This document shows, piece after piece, positions 1 through 6,992 of a stretch of 64,000 nt of DNA (positions within the stretch are counted from its first letter, which is position 1; each line of letters starts with the position of its first letter). The translations under genes and the position numbers were made by a program. The stretch is taken from the IMG/VR virus record IMGVR_UViG_3300021961_008157, one strand, 5' to 3'. The notes beneath the pieces were generated by a model. It searched no databases. It was not told where the DNA came from and was given only the letters and a program-made list of their open reading frames with translations. This stretch comes from a virus.

Positions 1-22
1 GAAGCATTAATAATTTTTTCAT
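1..22 (-). CDS. 5' end of a gene running off the left edge (MKKLLML..., signal-peptide-like)
   Basis: ATG at 22 preceded by an AGGA RBS and a consensus promoter at 177-205. Confidence 0.4.
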
Positions 23-176
23 TTGTAATTTCCTTTAATTTACATTTTTATTTAAACTAAGAAAGATTACATTTTTGTTACAAATATTACAATCGTGTTA
101 CGAAACCAAAAATTTCTTAATTATTTTTTGGGGGATTTTAATATTGTTCTATCACCTTCATACAGCAATAACTTAC

Positions 177-205
177 ATTATATATTTATTCATTATTTTT
201 GTCAA
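177..205 (-). promoter_or_regulatory. sigma70-type promoter
   Basis: TTGACA-N17-TATAAT on minus strand. Confidence 0.65.
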
Positions 206-269
206 TCTCGTGAAAAATTTTTAAGTAAATTGGTGTAACTAAATATTTGTTAACTATCACAATCATTCA

Positions 270-518
270 ATGAAACGTTTTTTTAATTTTAAGCATTTAA
301 CAAATGCTCGAGTCTCGTACTTCAGGCATTTTAAATTTGCTATAAGTGAAGCATGGTTTTTGTTACTGATGTGTTTAGCTAGTGTTCTACATGCAATTTT
401 TCCATTTATCTTTGATTTTAAATTATTAGAATTAAGGGTTAATCGATTATTAGTGCTGCAAAAACTTTTACCTAAGCATGAAATTTGGAAAGATCTAAGA
501 AATAAATTAGATGAATGA
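270..518 (+). CDS. small hypothetical membrane protein
   Basis: 82 aa ORF with a hydrophobic stretch and HAIFPFIF; TAAATA at 240-245; overlaps next start. Confidence 0.6.
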   Translation: MKRFFNFKHLTNARVSYFRHFKFAISEAWFLLLMCLASVLHAIFPFIFDFKLLELRVNRLLVLQKLLPKHEIWKDLRNKLDE

Positions 519-1221
519 AATTTATAAAAAGTGGTTACACGAAGGGTGCTATGTTTCCAGTAGTGGAACCACTGGCACTCCAAAAAAAGTATTCCAACCT
601 CCTAAGAAATTGGTGGCCATGTGTGACGTTGCAATCAAACGTCAAAACATAGTACCAACCAGCCGAGTTTTAACTGTTTGCAAAATGGGACATGCCGGTG
701 GTGCGCTGGCACAAACATTACCAGCGGTAAGCATTGGAGCATATGTTAGTATACAACCATTTAATGCATTTACATTTTTAACTGAACTATTAGAAAATAA
801 TTACACCCATACACACTTAACACCCGATCACTGCAAAGCTGTTATGCTAACAAAAGGATGGGAAAATGCAAACTTATCCGGTATATGGGTAACATGTGGC
901 AGCGATCCTGTAACTTGGGATATAATCGAATCGTTTGTTAATCGTGGCGCAACATTTATGGCTAATTGGGGCATGAGCGAAATTGGTCCAGTGGCCATTA
1001 ATTTAATATTTGATAGTGTAGAAAAAGTAAAACATATTAAATCTTTTTGTCCTGATGGCTGTACCATCATGGGCGATACATACTGTTGTGATTATAAAGT
1101 TGTCAACGACGTGCTGCATGTCAATGGCGACATATCAGTTTACGATGATTGGTATAATACCAAAGACAAAGTTAAAGTTGTAAATGATATAATGTTTTAC
1201 AACGGTAGGGCGTTAGACTAG
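511..1221 (+). CDS. short AMP-binding (acyl-CoA synthetase-like) protein
   Basis: SSSGTTGTPK P-loop and WGMSE motif of adenylate-forming enzymes; only 236 aa. Confidence 0.75.
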   Translation: MNEIYKKWLHEGCYVSSSGTTGTPKKVFQPPKKLVAMCDVAIKRQNIVPTSRVLTVCKMGHAGGALAQTLPAVSIGAYVSIQPFNAFTFLTELLENNYTHTHLTPDHCKAVMLTKGWENANLSGIWVTCGSDPVTWDIIESFVNRGATFMANWGMSEIGPVAINLIFDSVEKVKHIKSFCPDGCTIMGDTYCCDYKVVNDVLHVNGDISVYDDWYNTKDKVKVVNDIMFYNGRALD

Positions 1222-1223
1222 GC

Positions 1224-2027
1224 TTATTTCGAAGCAAGGTCAATATAATTATCAAACATATCGCCGATAATTTTTGCTCTTTGCTTTATATTTTTGTTGC
1301 CCAGCGTAACCATAGTGTAAAGAACACCATCCTTTTCCACTAACATAGCCAAACAACGACCAGCAGCAGTAGTCCACCCAGTTTTGGTTAGAACTATTTC
1401 GTTGTGCTTGAACACCCATTGATTGGTATTACGCAATTGAATTTTCACTGGCTTTTTGCGTTTTGGCGGAGTGTATTCAACCAGGTACTGTTGAGTGCTG
1501 CTTAGGAACTTGATCAGTGGATACTTGTTTAGCGTTAATAAAAATTCTGTCAACTCGCGCACCGTGCTAACATTTGCACTTAGCAGTCCTGTGCTGTCAG
1601 CAATCTTGGTGTTTACCAGTCCCATCTTTTCAACATGCATATTAGCATCGATTAAAAACTGTTCATAACCACCGGGATGTGCGCGGGCCAGCGACTCAGC
1701 TGAACGATTGTCGGAACTCATCAGCATAGCTCGTAGTAGTTCATAGCGTTCAACCCGTGCGCCATTGGCAAAACGTCCCGAGCTCCTACCGTTTACTTTG
1801 ATGGGTTCATATAAATTAACGCCGCTGTTTAAAACAGTATAAGCAGTAAACAGTTTGGTAATGCTGGCTATGCTACGAACATCTTGTGTTTCTTTTTCAA
1901 GTTCAAACCGTTGCTCGCGAGCATTGTACAATCCATAACTGTTGTACTCTGCTTCATCAGCAAGGCTGCTCCTTGAAAACAACAATGCCAAAACCGCAAA
2001 GGATAGGTATGCGATGCCTTTAATCAT
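1224..2027 (-). CDS. D-Ala-D-Ala carboxy/endopeptidase, peptidase S11 (PBP7-like)
   Basis: signal peptide; SxxK (ASITK), SxN (SDN) and KTG motifs. Confidence 0.9.
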   Translation of the reverse strand: MIKGIAYLSFAVLALLFSRSSLADEAEYNSYGLYNAREQRFELEKETQDVRSIASITKLFTAYTVLNSGVNLYEPIKVNGRSSGRFANGARVERYELLRAMLMSSDNRSAESLARAHPGGYEQFLIDANMHVEKMGLVNTKIADSTGLLSANVSTVRELTEFLLTLNKYPLIKFLSSTQQYLVEYTPPKRKKPVKIQLRNTNQWVFKHNEIVLTKTGWTTAAGRCLAMLVEKDGVLYTMVTLGNKNIKQRAKIIGDMFDNYIDLASK

Positions 2028-2054
2028 GTTAATACTTAGCACAGGGCTAAAAAT

Positions 2055-2144
2055 TGGCGGAAGCGGTGAGATTCGAACTCACGATACCGGTTAAGGTATG
2101 ACGGGTTAGTAATCCGTTGCCTTCGGCCACTCGGCCACGCTTCC
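2055..2144 (-). tRNA. tRNA-Ser (anticodon ACT)
   Basis: cloverleaf GGAAGCG...CGCTTCC-G-CCA, long variable arm, anticodon loop TTACTAA, TTCGAAT T-loop. Confidence 0.9.
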
Positions 2145-2641
2145 TAAAATTGTCCATTAACTGATCGTAATCTAGCATTACCCAAATCACGAAAACGATC
2201 TGCTGCATAACTTGCAGCAAACGCATGGGGTTTAACTGCGGGGGTAAGATTACAAGTTCCTTTTATATATCCAATGGCTTGTGCAATTACACAATTAGAA
2301 CCATGTGTTTCATCGGGATTGATGTCTAAATGTACTTCAACAAACCTGCCGGCAAACGAGTCACTTAATCGCTGATACATGTCGGACACTTTATAAACTT
2401 CGTTCATCAGTCGCAATGCGGGACGACCCACACGATTATCCCAGTCACGCTCCCGCACCACTTCTCCGAATATTTTACAGCCACTATTGCCATTAATGTG
2501 CACCACAATGGCTAGAGTGTAATCTGCATACCAACCGTCGAATAGTTTAACACGCTCACTGTCACAACCTAGGTAGATACGGGTTTCGGCGCTTTGGGCT
2601 TGAATAAACTCCTTGACCTGCTCTATGTCGATTGTTTGCAT
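2144..2641 (-). CDS. RNase H-like YkuK family protein
   Basis: IYLGCDS, RLMNEV, EVHLDIN and AASYAAD motifs. Confidence 0.75.
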   Translation of the reverse strand: MQTIDIEQVKEFIQAQSAETRIYLGCDSERVKLFDGWYADYTLAIVVHINGNSGCKIFGEVVRERDWDNRVGRPALRLMNEVYKVSDMYQRLSDSFAGRFVEVHLDINPDETHGSNCVIAQAIGYIKGTCNLTPAVKPHAFAASYAADRFRDLGNARLRSVNGQF

Positions 2642-2643
2642 GT

Positions 2644-2659
2644 TAAATTATTTATGGTG
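2644..2659. repeat. 16-bp direct repeat, copy 1 (copy 2 at 4306-4321)
   Basis: TAAATTATTTATGGTG identical at both sites. Confidence 0.8.
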
Positions 2660-2695
2660 CACTTAATTGTATTTGAATAAACAAAATACTTAATT

Positions 2696-3304
2696 TTATT
2701 TTATTTTTTTAATTTTTAAAGCATACGGGTTAACATACACACCCGGAGATGTGATACTTTTTCTAACAGCACTTCTTGGACCAATTTTAGTATCGTCACA
2801 AATTGTTACATTATCCATTATTAATACATCTGTAGATATAAAACAAAAATTTCCAATTTTTACATTGCCGCCTACTAAAACAAATCCTGATAAAAAACTA
2901 CCATTGCCTATAGAAACATTTTCTGCAAATGCACAGCCCCCGTGTATAATACAATCTTTGCCTGTGGTTAGGTTATACCATCCGGACCCTTGATATAAAA
3001 AACTCCCGGGTCCAATGGAACAATTGTTATATGTTGTGCCGGGCGCTGTTGAGTTATGTAGATAAGAAAACCTATCATGATTTCTTTCATCTAACAATGA
3101 CGATACCAACTTACGTTCTACAAAGTCTTTGGTTATAAGATTAATATATTGATAGTCTTGAGAAGAACTGCTTATAAAGTCAGATGGATTAATTCTTGTA
3201 ATAGATAATGATGGATCCTCATAATGAATGTAATTAGACAAAACTTTAAAAGTGGCAGTTTCGTAACTGATAGCTGCCAGCGGTTTACTATTTTTTATAA
3301 TCAT
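2696..3304 (-). CDS. hexapeptide-repeat acetyltransferase (PglD/NeuD-like)
   Basis: left-handed beta-helix repeats (SIGPGS, SIGNGS, KIGNFC, TICDDT, KIGPRS). Confidence 0.75.
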   Translation of the reverse strand: MIIKNSKPLAAISYETATFKVLSNYIHYEDPSLSITRINPSDFISSSSQDYQYINLITKDFVERKLVSSLLDERNHDRFSYLHNSTAPGTTYNNCSIGPGSFLYQGSGWYNLTTGKDCIIHGGCAFAENVSIGNGSFLSGFVLVGGNVKIGNFCFISTDVLIMDNVTICDDTKIGPRSAVRKSITSPGVYVNPYALKIKKIK

Positions 3305-3309
3305 TGACG

Positions 3310-4299
3310 TTATTTAACAGACACAACCAGGATACCGTTATTACCACCAAACCCAAAACTACATTTTAAAAAAGTTTTTTTTGATGAATCGTTGAAATTA
3401 TCAATTGCAGCAGCAAGTTCCACCAAACTGCTGGCGCCAAGTGTATGACCAATTTTTGATTTGTAAGATGTAATTGGAATGTTTGGAAGTATTTTACTGT
3501 GTAATTCAAGTTCAACACTATCACCTGCTGGTGTTGCTGTAGCATGTGCATCCCAATAACTAAAATCTTCTTTAGAAATTCCTGACTTAGATATAGTATT
3601 TTCAATTAAATCTTCTAACTTTTCAATATCAGATGGATTTGTTGGGTGTGTTGGAATTGTTTCATACCCTAAACTTTCTATTATTGCTTTTGTTTTTAAG
3701 TTGTGTTCTTCGGCAAAGTTTGTTGACGATACTATAATTGCTGCTGAACCATCGCCAAGCATTATGCCGCCGACGTTGCTATCCATTGGAGGTGCCCAAG
3801 TATCCGCTTTCGAAGTTGCCCCAATGCTGTTAAATATGTGCTTCATAAATTCGATGGAAGCAACTTCGGCTGATATAATTAGTGTTAGGCCCGAGTCGTT
3901 TCTTTGTGCTAATTGCAATGCCTTAATGCCCGAGGCACAGGCCGACAAAACACTAAACATATCTATGTTTGAACTTAACTTAGGATATAACCAAGCTAAA
4001 TCAACTACACCTAAGTATTGCAATGCTTTTGACGGTCGTGATCTGGCGCGACCTTGATTTATATTTTTATGTACTTCATCAACTGCGGTACTATCATTAT
4101 ATGTACCTGCAACAATAATGGTATTAATAAGTGGTAATAAATGATCTGGTAACTCGGACAATGCTTTTTTCAGCAAATCAGAATAAGATAAATTTAATGG
4201 TATTACCCAGCCCTGCTCGGTTTTTACAGGGGTTGCATTTTCAGTCACAGCATCTACATGCTTACTGTACAAAATAGACAACTTGGTTGGAATAATCAT
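3310..4299 (-). CDS. beta-ketoacyl synthase (FabF/FabB-like)
   Basis: SACASG, DAHATATPAGD, KSKIGHTLGAS and SFGFGGNN motifs. Confidence 0.85.
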   Translation of the reverse strand: MIIPTKLSILYSKHVDAVTENATPVKTEQGWVIPLNLSYSDLLKKALSELPDHLLPLINTIIVAGTYNDSTAVDEVHKNINQGRARSRPSKALQYLGVVDLAWLYPKLSSNIDMFSVLSACASGIKALQLAQRNDSGLTLIISAEVASIEFMKHIFNSIGATSKADTWAPPMDSNVGGIMLGDGSAAIIVSSTNFAEEHNLKTKAIIESLGYETIPTHPTNPSDIEKLEDLIENTISKSGISKEDFSYWDAHATATPAGDSVELELHSKILPNIPITSYKSKIGHTLGASSLVELAAAIDNFNDSSKKTFLKCSFGFGGNNGILVVSVK

Positions 4300-4305
4300 T
4301 TATTG

Positions 4306-4321
4306 TAAATTATTTATGGTG
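4306..4321. repeat. 16-bp direct repeat, copy 2; overlaps tRNA-Leu 3' end
   Basis: identical to 2644-2659. Confidence 0.8.
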
Positions 4322-4399
4322 GGCAAGGAGAGACTCGAACTCTCACTCCGAGGAACTGGCTTCTAAGACCAGCGCGGCTACCAATTACGCCACTTGCCC
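4317..4399 (-). tRNA. tRNA-Leu (TAG)
   Basis: cloverleaf, anticodon loop CTTAGAA, extended variable arm, encoded CCA. Confidence 0.95.
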
Positions 4400-4407
4400 A
4401 TTAGTAT

Positions 4408-4436
4408 ATTGTAGTTGATTTTTTGTAGTTTGTCAA
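4408..4436 (-). promoter_or_regulatory. sigma70-type promoter for tRNA-Leu
   Basis: TTGACA-N17-TACAAT. Confidence 0.6.
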
Positions 4437-4442
4437 GTGTAT

Positions 4443-4516
4443 TGGAGCGGGATACCAGAGTTGAACTGGTGACTTGTCCTTGGCAAGGATATATTTTACC
4501 CCTAAACTAATCCCGC
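4443..4516 (-). tRNA. tRNA-Gly (GCC)
   Basis: cloverleaf GCGGGAT...ATCCCGC-T-CCA, loop TTGCCAA. Confidence 0.93.
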
Positions 4517-4533
4517 TTTCGTTTATTTATTGG

Positions 4534-4609
4534 TGGCTCCTCGACCTGGGCTCGAACCAGGGACCTACGGATTAACAGTCCGGTGCTCTACCAACTGAGC
4601 TATCGAGGA
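4534..4609 (-). tRNA. tRNA-Asn (GTT)
   Basis: canonical cloverleaf, loop CTGTTAA, CCA. Confidence 0.96.
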
Positions 4610-4616
4610 ATATAAT

Positions 4617-4680
4617 TGGTTCGGTTTGTCTGACACTTAACCAATGAACTCTAGAATTCATTACGCTAAATTTCAAACCC
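4617..4680 (-). ncRNA. unclassified 64-nt hairpin RNA ending in ACCA
   Basis: helices GGTTTG/CAAACC, TTAGC/GTTAA, AATGAAT/GTTCATT; 3' ACCA; TAAATA just upstream (4685-4690). Confidence 0.4.
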
Positions 4681-4728
4681 AGGGTATTTAACCCGCGACA
4701 TCAATACACCGAAAGGTTTTGATGCGTG

Positions 4729-4790
4729 TCCTTGATAGCATCACTGCTATTTCGTCCTTGTTACGTTGGACTCATCAGAAGGATAACGTT
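4729..4790 (-). ncRNA. type I hammerhead ribozyme
   Basis: TCCTT-CTGATGA-GTCC(loop)GGAC-GAA-ATAGCA(GTGA)TGCTAT-C-AAGGA: complete core, three stems, AUC cleavage triplet. Confidence 0.9.
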
Positions 4791-4793
4791 GTT

Positions 4794-4868
4794 TGGTGCG
4801 CCCGGGGAATTCCGACATCCCGACCCAGCGATTATGAGTCGCTTGCTCTGCCCCTGAGCTACAGGCGC
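4794..4868 (-). tRNA. tRNA with CAT anticodon, probably Ile2 (lysidine type)
   Basis: anticodon arm AGCGA-CTCATAA-TCGCT resembles Ile2 tRNAs; atypical T-loop GTCGGAA; CCA. Confidence 0.8.
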
Positions 4869-4908
4869 ATATTATAGAAAAGCTGACCGTCAGCTTATAT
4901 ATAACAAA

Positions 4909-4920
4909 TTTTAAAGAACA
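4909..4920 (-). promoter_or_regulatory. boxA-like antitermination element
   Basis: TGTTCTTTAAAA matches rrn boxA GYTCTTTAANA; upstream of the tRNA run. Confidence 0.6.
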
Positions 4921-4994
4921 GTTGCATCAGTATTTTGCCGTTATAGCAAACCTCTCACTCGTTTGAATGACACAGTCACACTCTGACACAAAAA

Positions 4995-5225
4995 TGCTCT
5001 GCGTCCCCCGGCGGTAATTATACTGCATCAACGTAGCCCACAGACAGGACCCACCGCATCACACACAGCCTCCACCCGCTTCCCGACAGGGACCGTTCTC
5101 GCATTGCCAGCGCCGGTTAGGTTGGACCGCATCTTTCGACGTAAGACTATTATGTCTTAGAACCACCCGTGGCTATCACACCACTTCAATCCTCCGGGTC
5201 AGAGTAGCCGTTGATTAAACGGCAC
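4995..5225 (-). ncRNA. large unclassified multi-stem structured RNA (~230 nt)
   Basis: GC-rich with no ORF; closing helices CTCTG/CAGAG, CCCGG/CCGGG, GGTGGTT/AATTACC; internal hairpins including CGTC-GAAA-GATG; consensus promoter directly upstream. Confidence 0.7.
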
Positions 5226-5246
5226 GGTTTTTACTGTCTAAACGTT

Positions 5247-5275
5247 ATTATATAACAAATTTGATTTAATGTCAA
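5247..5275 (-). promoter_or_regulatory. sigma70-type promoter for the ncRNA/tRNA operon
   Basis: TTGACA-N17-TATAAT. Confidence 0.75.
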
Positions 5276-5310
5276 CCGTTTTTGAAGCTGAGGAACCGAT
5301 AAATATTGTC

Positions 5311-5592
5311 ATGATTGAAGAATATACCGCATTGATTACCGATCATGGGTTCCCGGTTGTTGCCGCTCTTGCGGGTGGATACTTCATCTTTTTAACCATT
5401 AAATTCATTCTTCGTGGTGTTACTGAAAACATACGGGGACTAAAGGCAAACATTCAAGCACTAGAGCGACGTATTACTGTGATGAACAATGATATGAAAC
5501 GCATAGACATCGCAGTCAGTAGAGTACTAGGCGTAGAAGCTGATTTAGACACTATTTCAAGATCCGAGCCCGACGATCGGAGAAAAGACTAA
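5311..5592 (+). CDS. small membrane protein with coiled coil (holin-like; paralog of next gene)
   Basis: GFPVVAA single TM plus coiled coil; start at 5311 follows TAAATA (5300-5305). Confidence 0.65.
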   Translation: MIEEYTALITDHGFPVVAALAGGYFIFLTIKFILRGVTENIRGLKANIQALERRITVMNNDMKRIDIAVSRVLGVEADLDTISRSEPDDRRKD

Positions 5593-5870
5593 TGTCGCCT
5601 TCAGAGTTGGTAGCTCAGTACGGTTTTCCAATAGTAGCAGCAATAGGAATGGCCAGCATAATATATTATATTTGGATATGGGCAACAAACGAAGCCGGCA
5701 CTATACTAGATGAAACAAACACTACACTGATACGATTAATTGATCGCATACGAGTATTAGACAACGACATGATTCGATTGACTCAGAAAGTAAACGTGGT
5801 AACACAACTTAAATCAACGCTGATTGACAAAGAAAATATCAAGTTTATTGATACTGTAAACAAACTATAA
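5592..5870 (+). CDS. small membrane protein with coiled coil (holin-like)
   Basis: GFPIVAA TM; RIRVLDNDMIRL is similar to the preceding ORF. Confidence 0.65.
   Translation: MSPSELVAQYGFPIVAAIGMASIIYYIWIWATNEAGTILDETNTTLIRLIDRIRVLDNDMIRLTQKVNVVTQLKSTLIDKENIKFIDTVNKL
5840..5870. repeat. 31-bp direct repeat, copy 1
   Basis: CAAGTTTATTGATACTGTAAACAAACTATAA identical at 6593-6623. Confidence 0.9.
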
Positions 5871-5881
5871 CAAGGAGTATT

Positions 5882-6529
5882 ATGAATCTAGCATACTTGC
5901 CAATAGATATTCCTACTCCTATTCTTAACGAACAGAAAATAATAGATTGGTTTGAATCTCACAAATTAATAGATCAAGATTATTTGGAGTACCGCCAAGG
6001 CCAGCATGCCTGGGCTACGGTTTCAACCTGTACACTTCCTAAAGACTGGCGTAGATTTGATAACAAAATGTGGGCTAATCGTAGACAGGAAAGCAACAAC
6101 AATGGAGTATTATTTCATCCCGGGTTTGAAGATATATTTCCGGAACTAGCAAGTTGTATTAAACAACTGCCTTTTAAACAATTAACAGTTAGTAAAATGT
6201 TGTATCAACTAAATGAAATTCCTGCTCACCAAGATGCTCCTGATCATAGAAATCCATCTGAGCCTAGAAGATATACTATATACTTAACTGCACCGGAGTA
6301 TAATACGTTTTATGTTTCTAAAACTGCTAATAGTGAAAAGATATTAATTAAAGTAGATCCTGAGTATTCGTGTTTTGTTTTTAATAATACTGATTGCTGG
6401 CACGGTGCATTAAAAAATGATCGGCCTAAAATTATCTTAACTACCGCAGGTATTTTAGACAATGAAAAACACGAAGCATTATTGGAAAGAAGTCTAAAAA
6501 AGTTTAAAAATCAAGCAATATACTTATGA
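5882..6529 (+). CDS. putative Fe(II)/2OG oxygenase-like (cupin) protein
   Basis: HxD (HQD) and distal WHG; AGGAG RBS. Confidence 0.55.
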   Translation: MNLAYLPIDIPTPILNEQKIIDWFESHKLIDQDYLEYRQGQHAWATVSTCTLPKDWRRFDNKMWANRRQESNNNGVLFHPGFEDIFPELASCIKQLPFKQLTVSKMLYQLNEIPAHQDAPDHRNPSEPRRYTIYLTAPEYNTFYVSKTANSEKILIKVDPEYSCFVFNNTDCWHGALKNDRPKIILTTAGILDNEKHEALLERSLKKFKNQAIYL

Positions 6530-6612
6530 AGTACCATTATTATTACAACAATATTCCAGGACAAGGACTATGTAGAAATAATCTCATCTACACAAGTTTA
6601 TTGATACTGTAA
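6526..6612 (+). pseudogene. truncated gene fragment (MKYHYYYNNIPGQGLCRNNLIYTSLLIL*)
   Basis: ATGA-coupled start; frame ends inside the second 31-bp repeat copy. Confidence 0.5.
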
Positions 6613-6623
6613 ACAAACTATAA
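6593..6623. repeat. 31-bp direct repeat, copy 2
   Basis: identical to 5840-5870. Confidence 0.9.
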
Positions 6624-6965
6624 TTTACTTAACCCTATCTCTGCCAGATCAACAGTGGCATAAATGTCAAATACTTGATGCATCCGCATGAGTTCAAATA
6701 GTGCTTGAACCGGGCGAGACATACCAGCGAGTGCCAGCTGCTGCCTATAATCAATACTTGAGCGCAGTAAACTGATCAGCGAGCCTAAGCCACTGCTGTC
6801 AATAAACTTGACCTGTTCCATGTCCAATACCACATGCTGTATGCTGCCATCTCCTGCCAAGTGATTTAATACCTTTTGTTTGAACTCACTGGCGTTTACA
6901 ACAGTTAGTTCGCTGACTGTGAGGGTAATGACGGTGACTGTACCTTGTTTTTTTACATTAAACAT
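6618..6965 (-). CDS. STAS-domain anti-sigma factor antagonist
   Basis: VVLDMEQVKFIDSSGLGSL STAS signature. Confidence 0.9.
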   Translation of the reverse strand: MFNVKKQGTVTVITLTVSELTVVNASEFKQKVLNHLAGDGSIQHVVLDMEQVKFIDSSGLGSLISLLRSSIDYRQQLALAGMSRPVQALFELMRMHQVFDIYATVDLAEIGLSKL

Positions 6966-6992
6966 AATTATATAACACTGATGTCGCTGCTG

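Noticed and set aside
2055-2144. Reading the Ser tRNA as an amber (CUA) suppressor
   Set aside because: Stem register puts ACU at 34-36; TAG is used as a normal stop in this window and no genes appear interrupted.
4617-4680. CUA-containing loop as a suppressor tRNA
   Set aside because: No D or T arm and no 7-nt anticodon loop.
4880-4896. Palindrome AAGCTGAC-C-GTCAGCTT as an operator or terminator
   Set aside because: Only one occurrence noticed and no U-tract; may be a processing stem but unsupported.
4995-5225. RNase P RNA, tmRNA or group I intron
   Set aside because: I could not find the P4 consensus, tRNA-like ends with a tag ORF, or an intron core.
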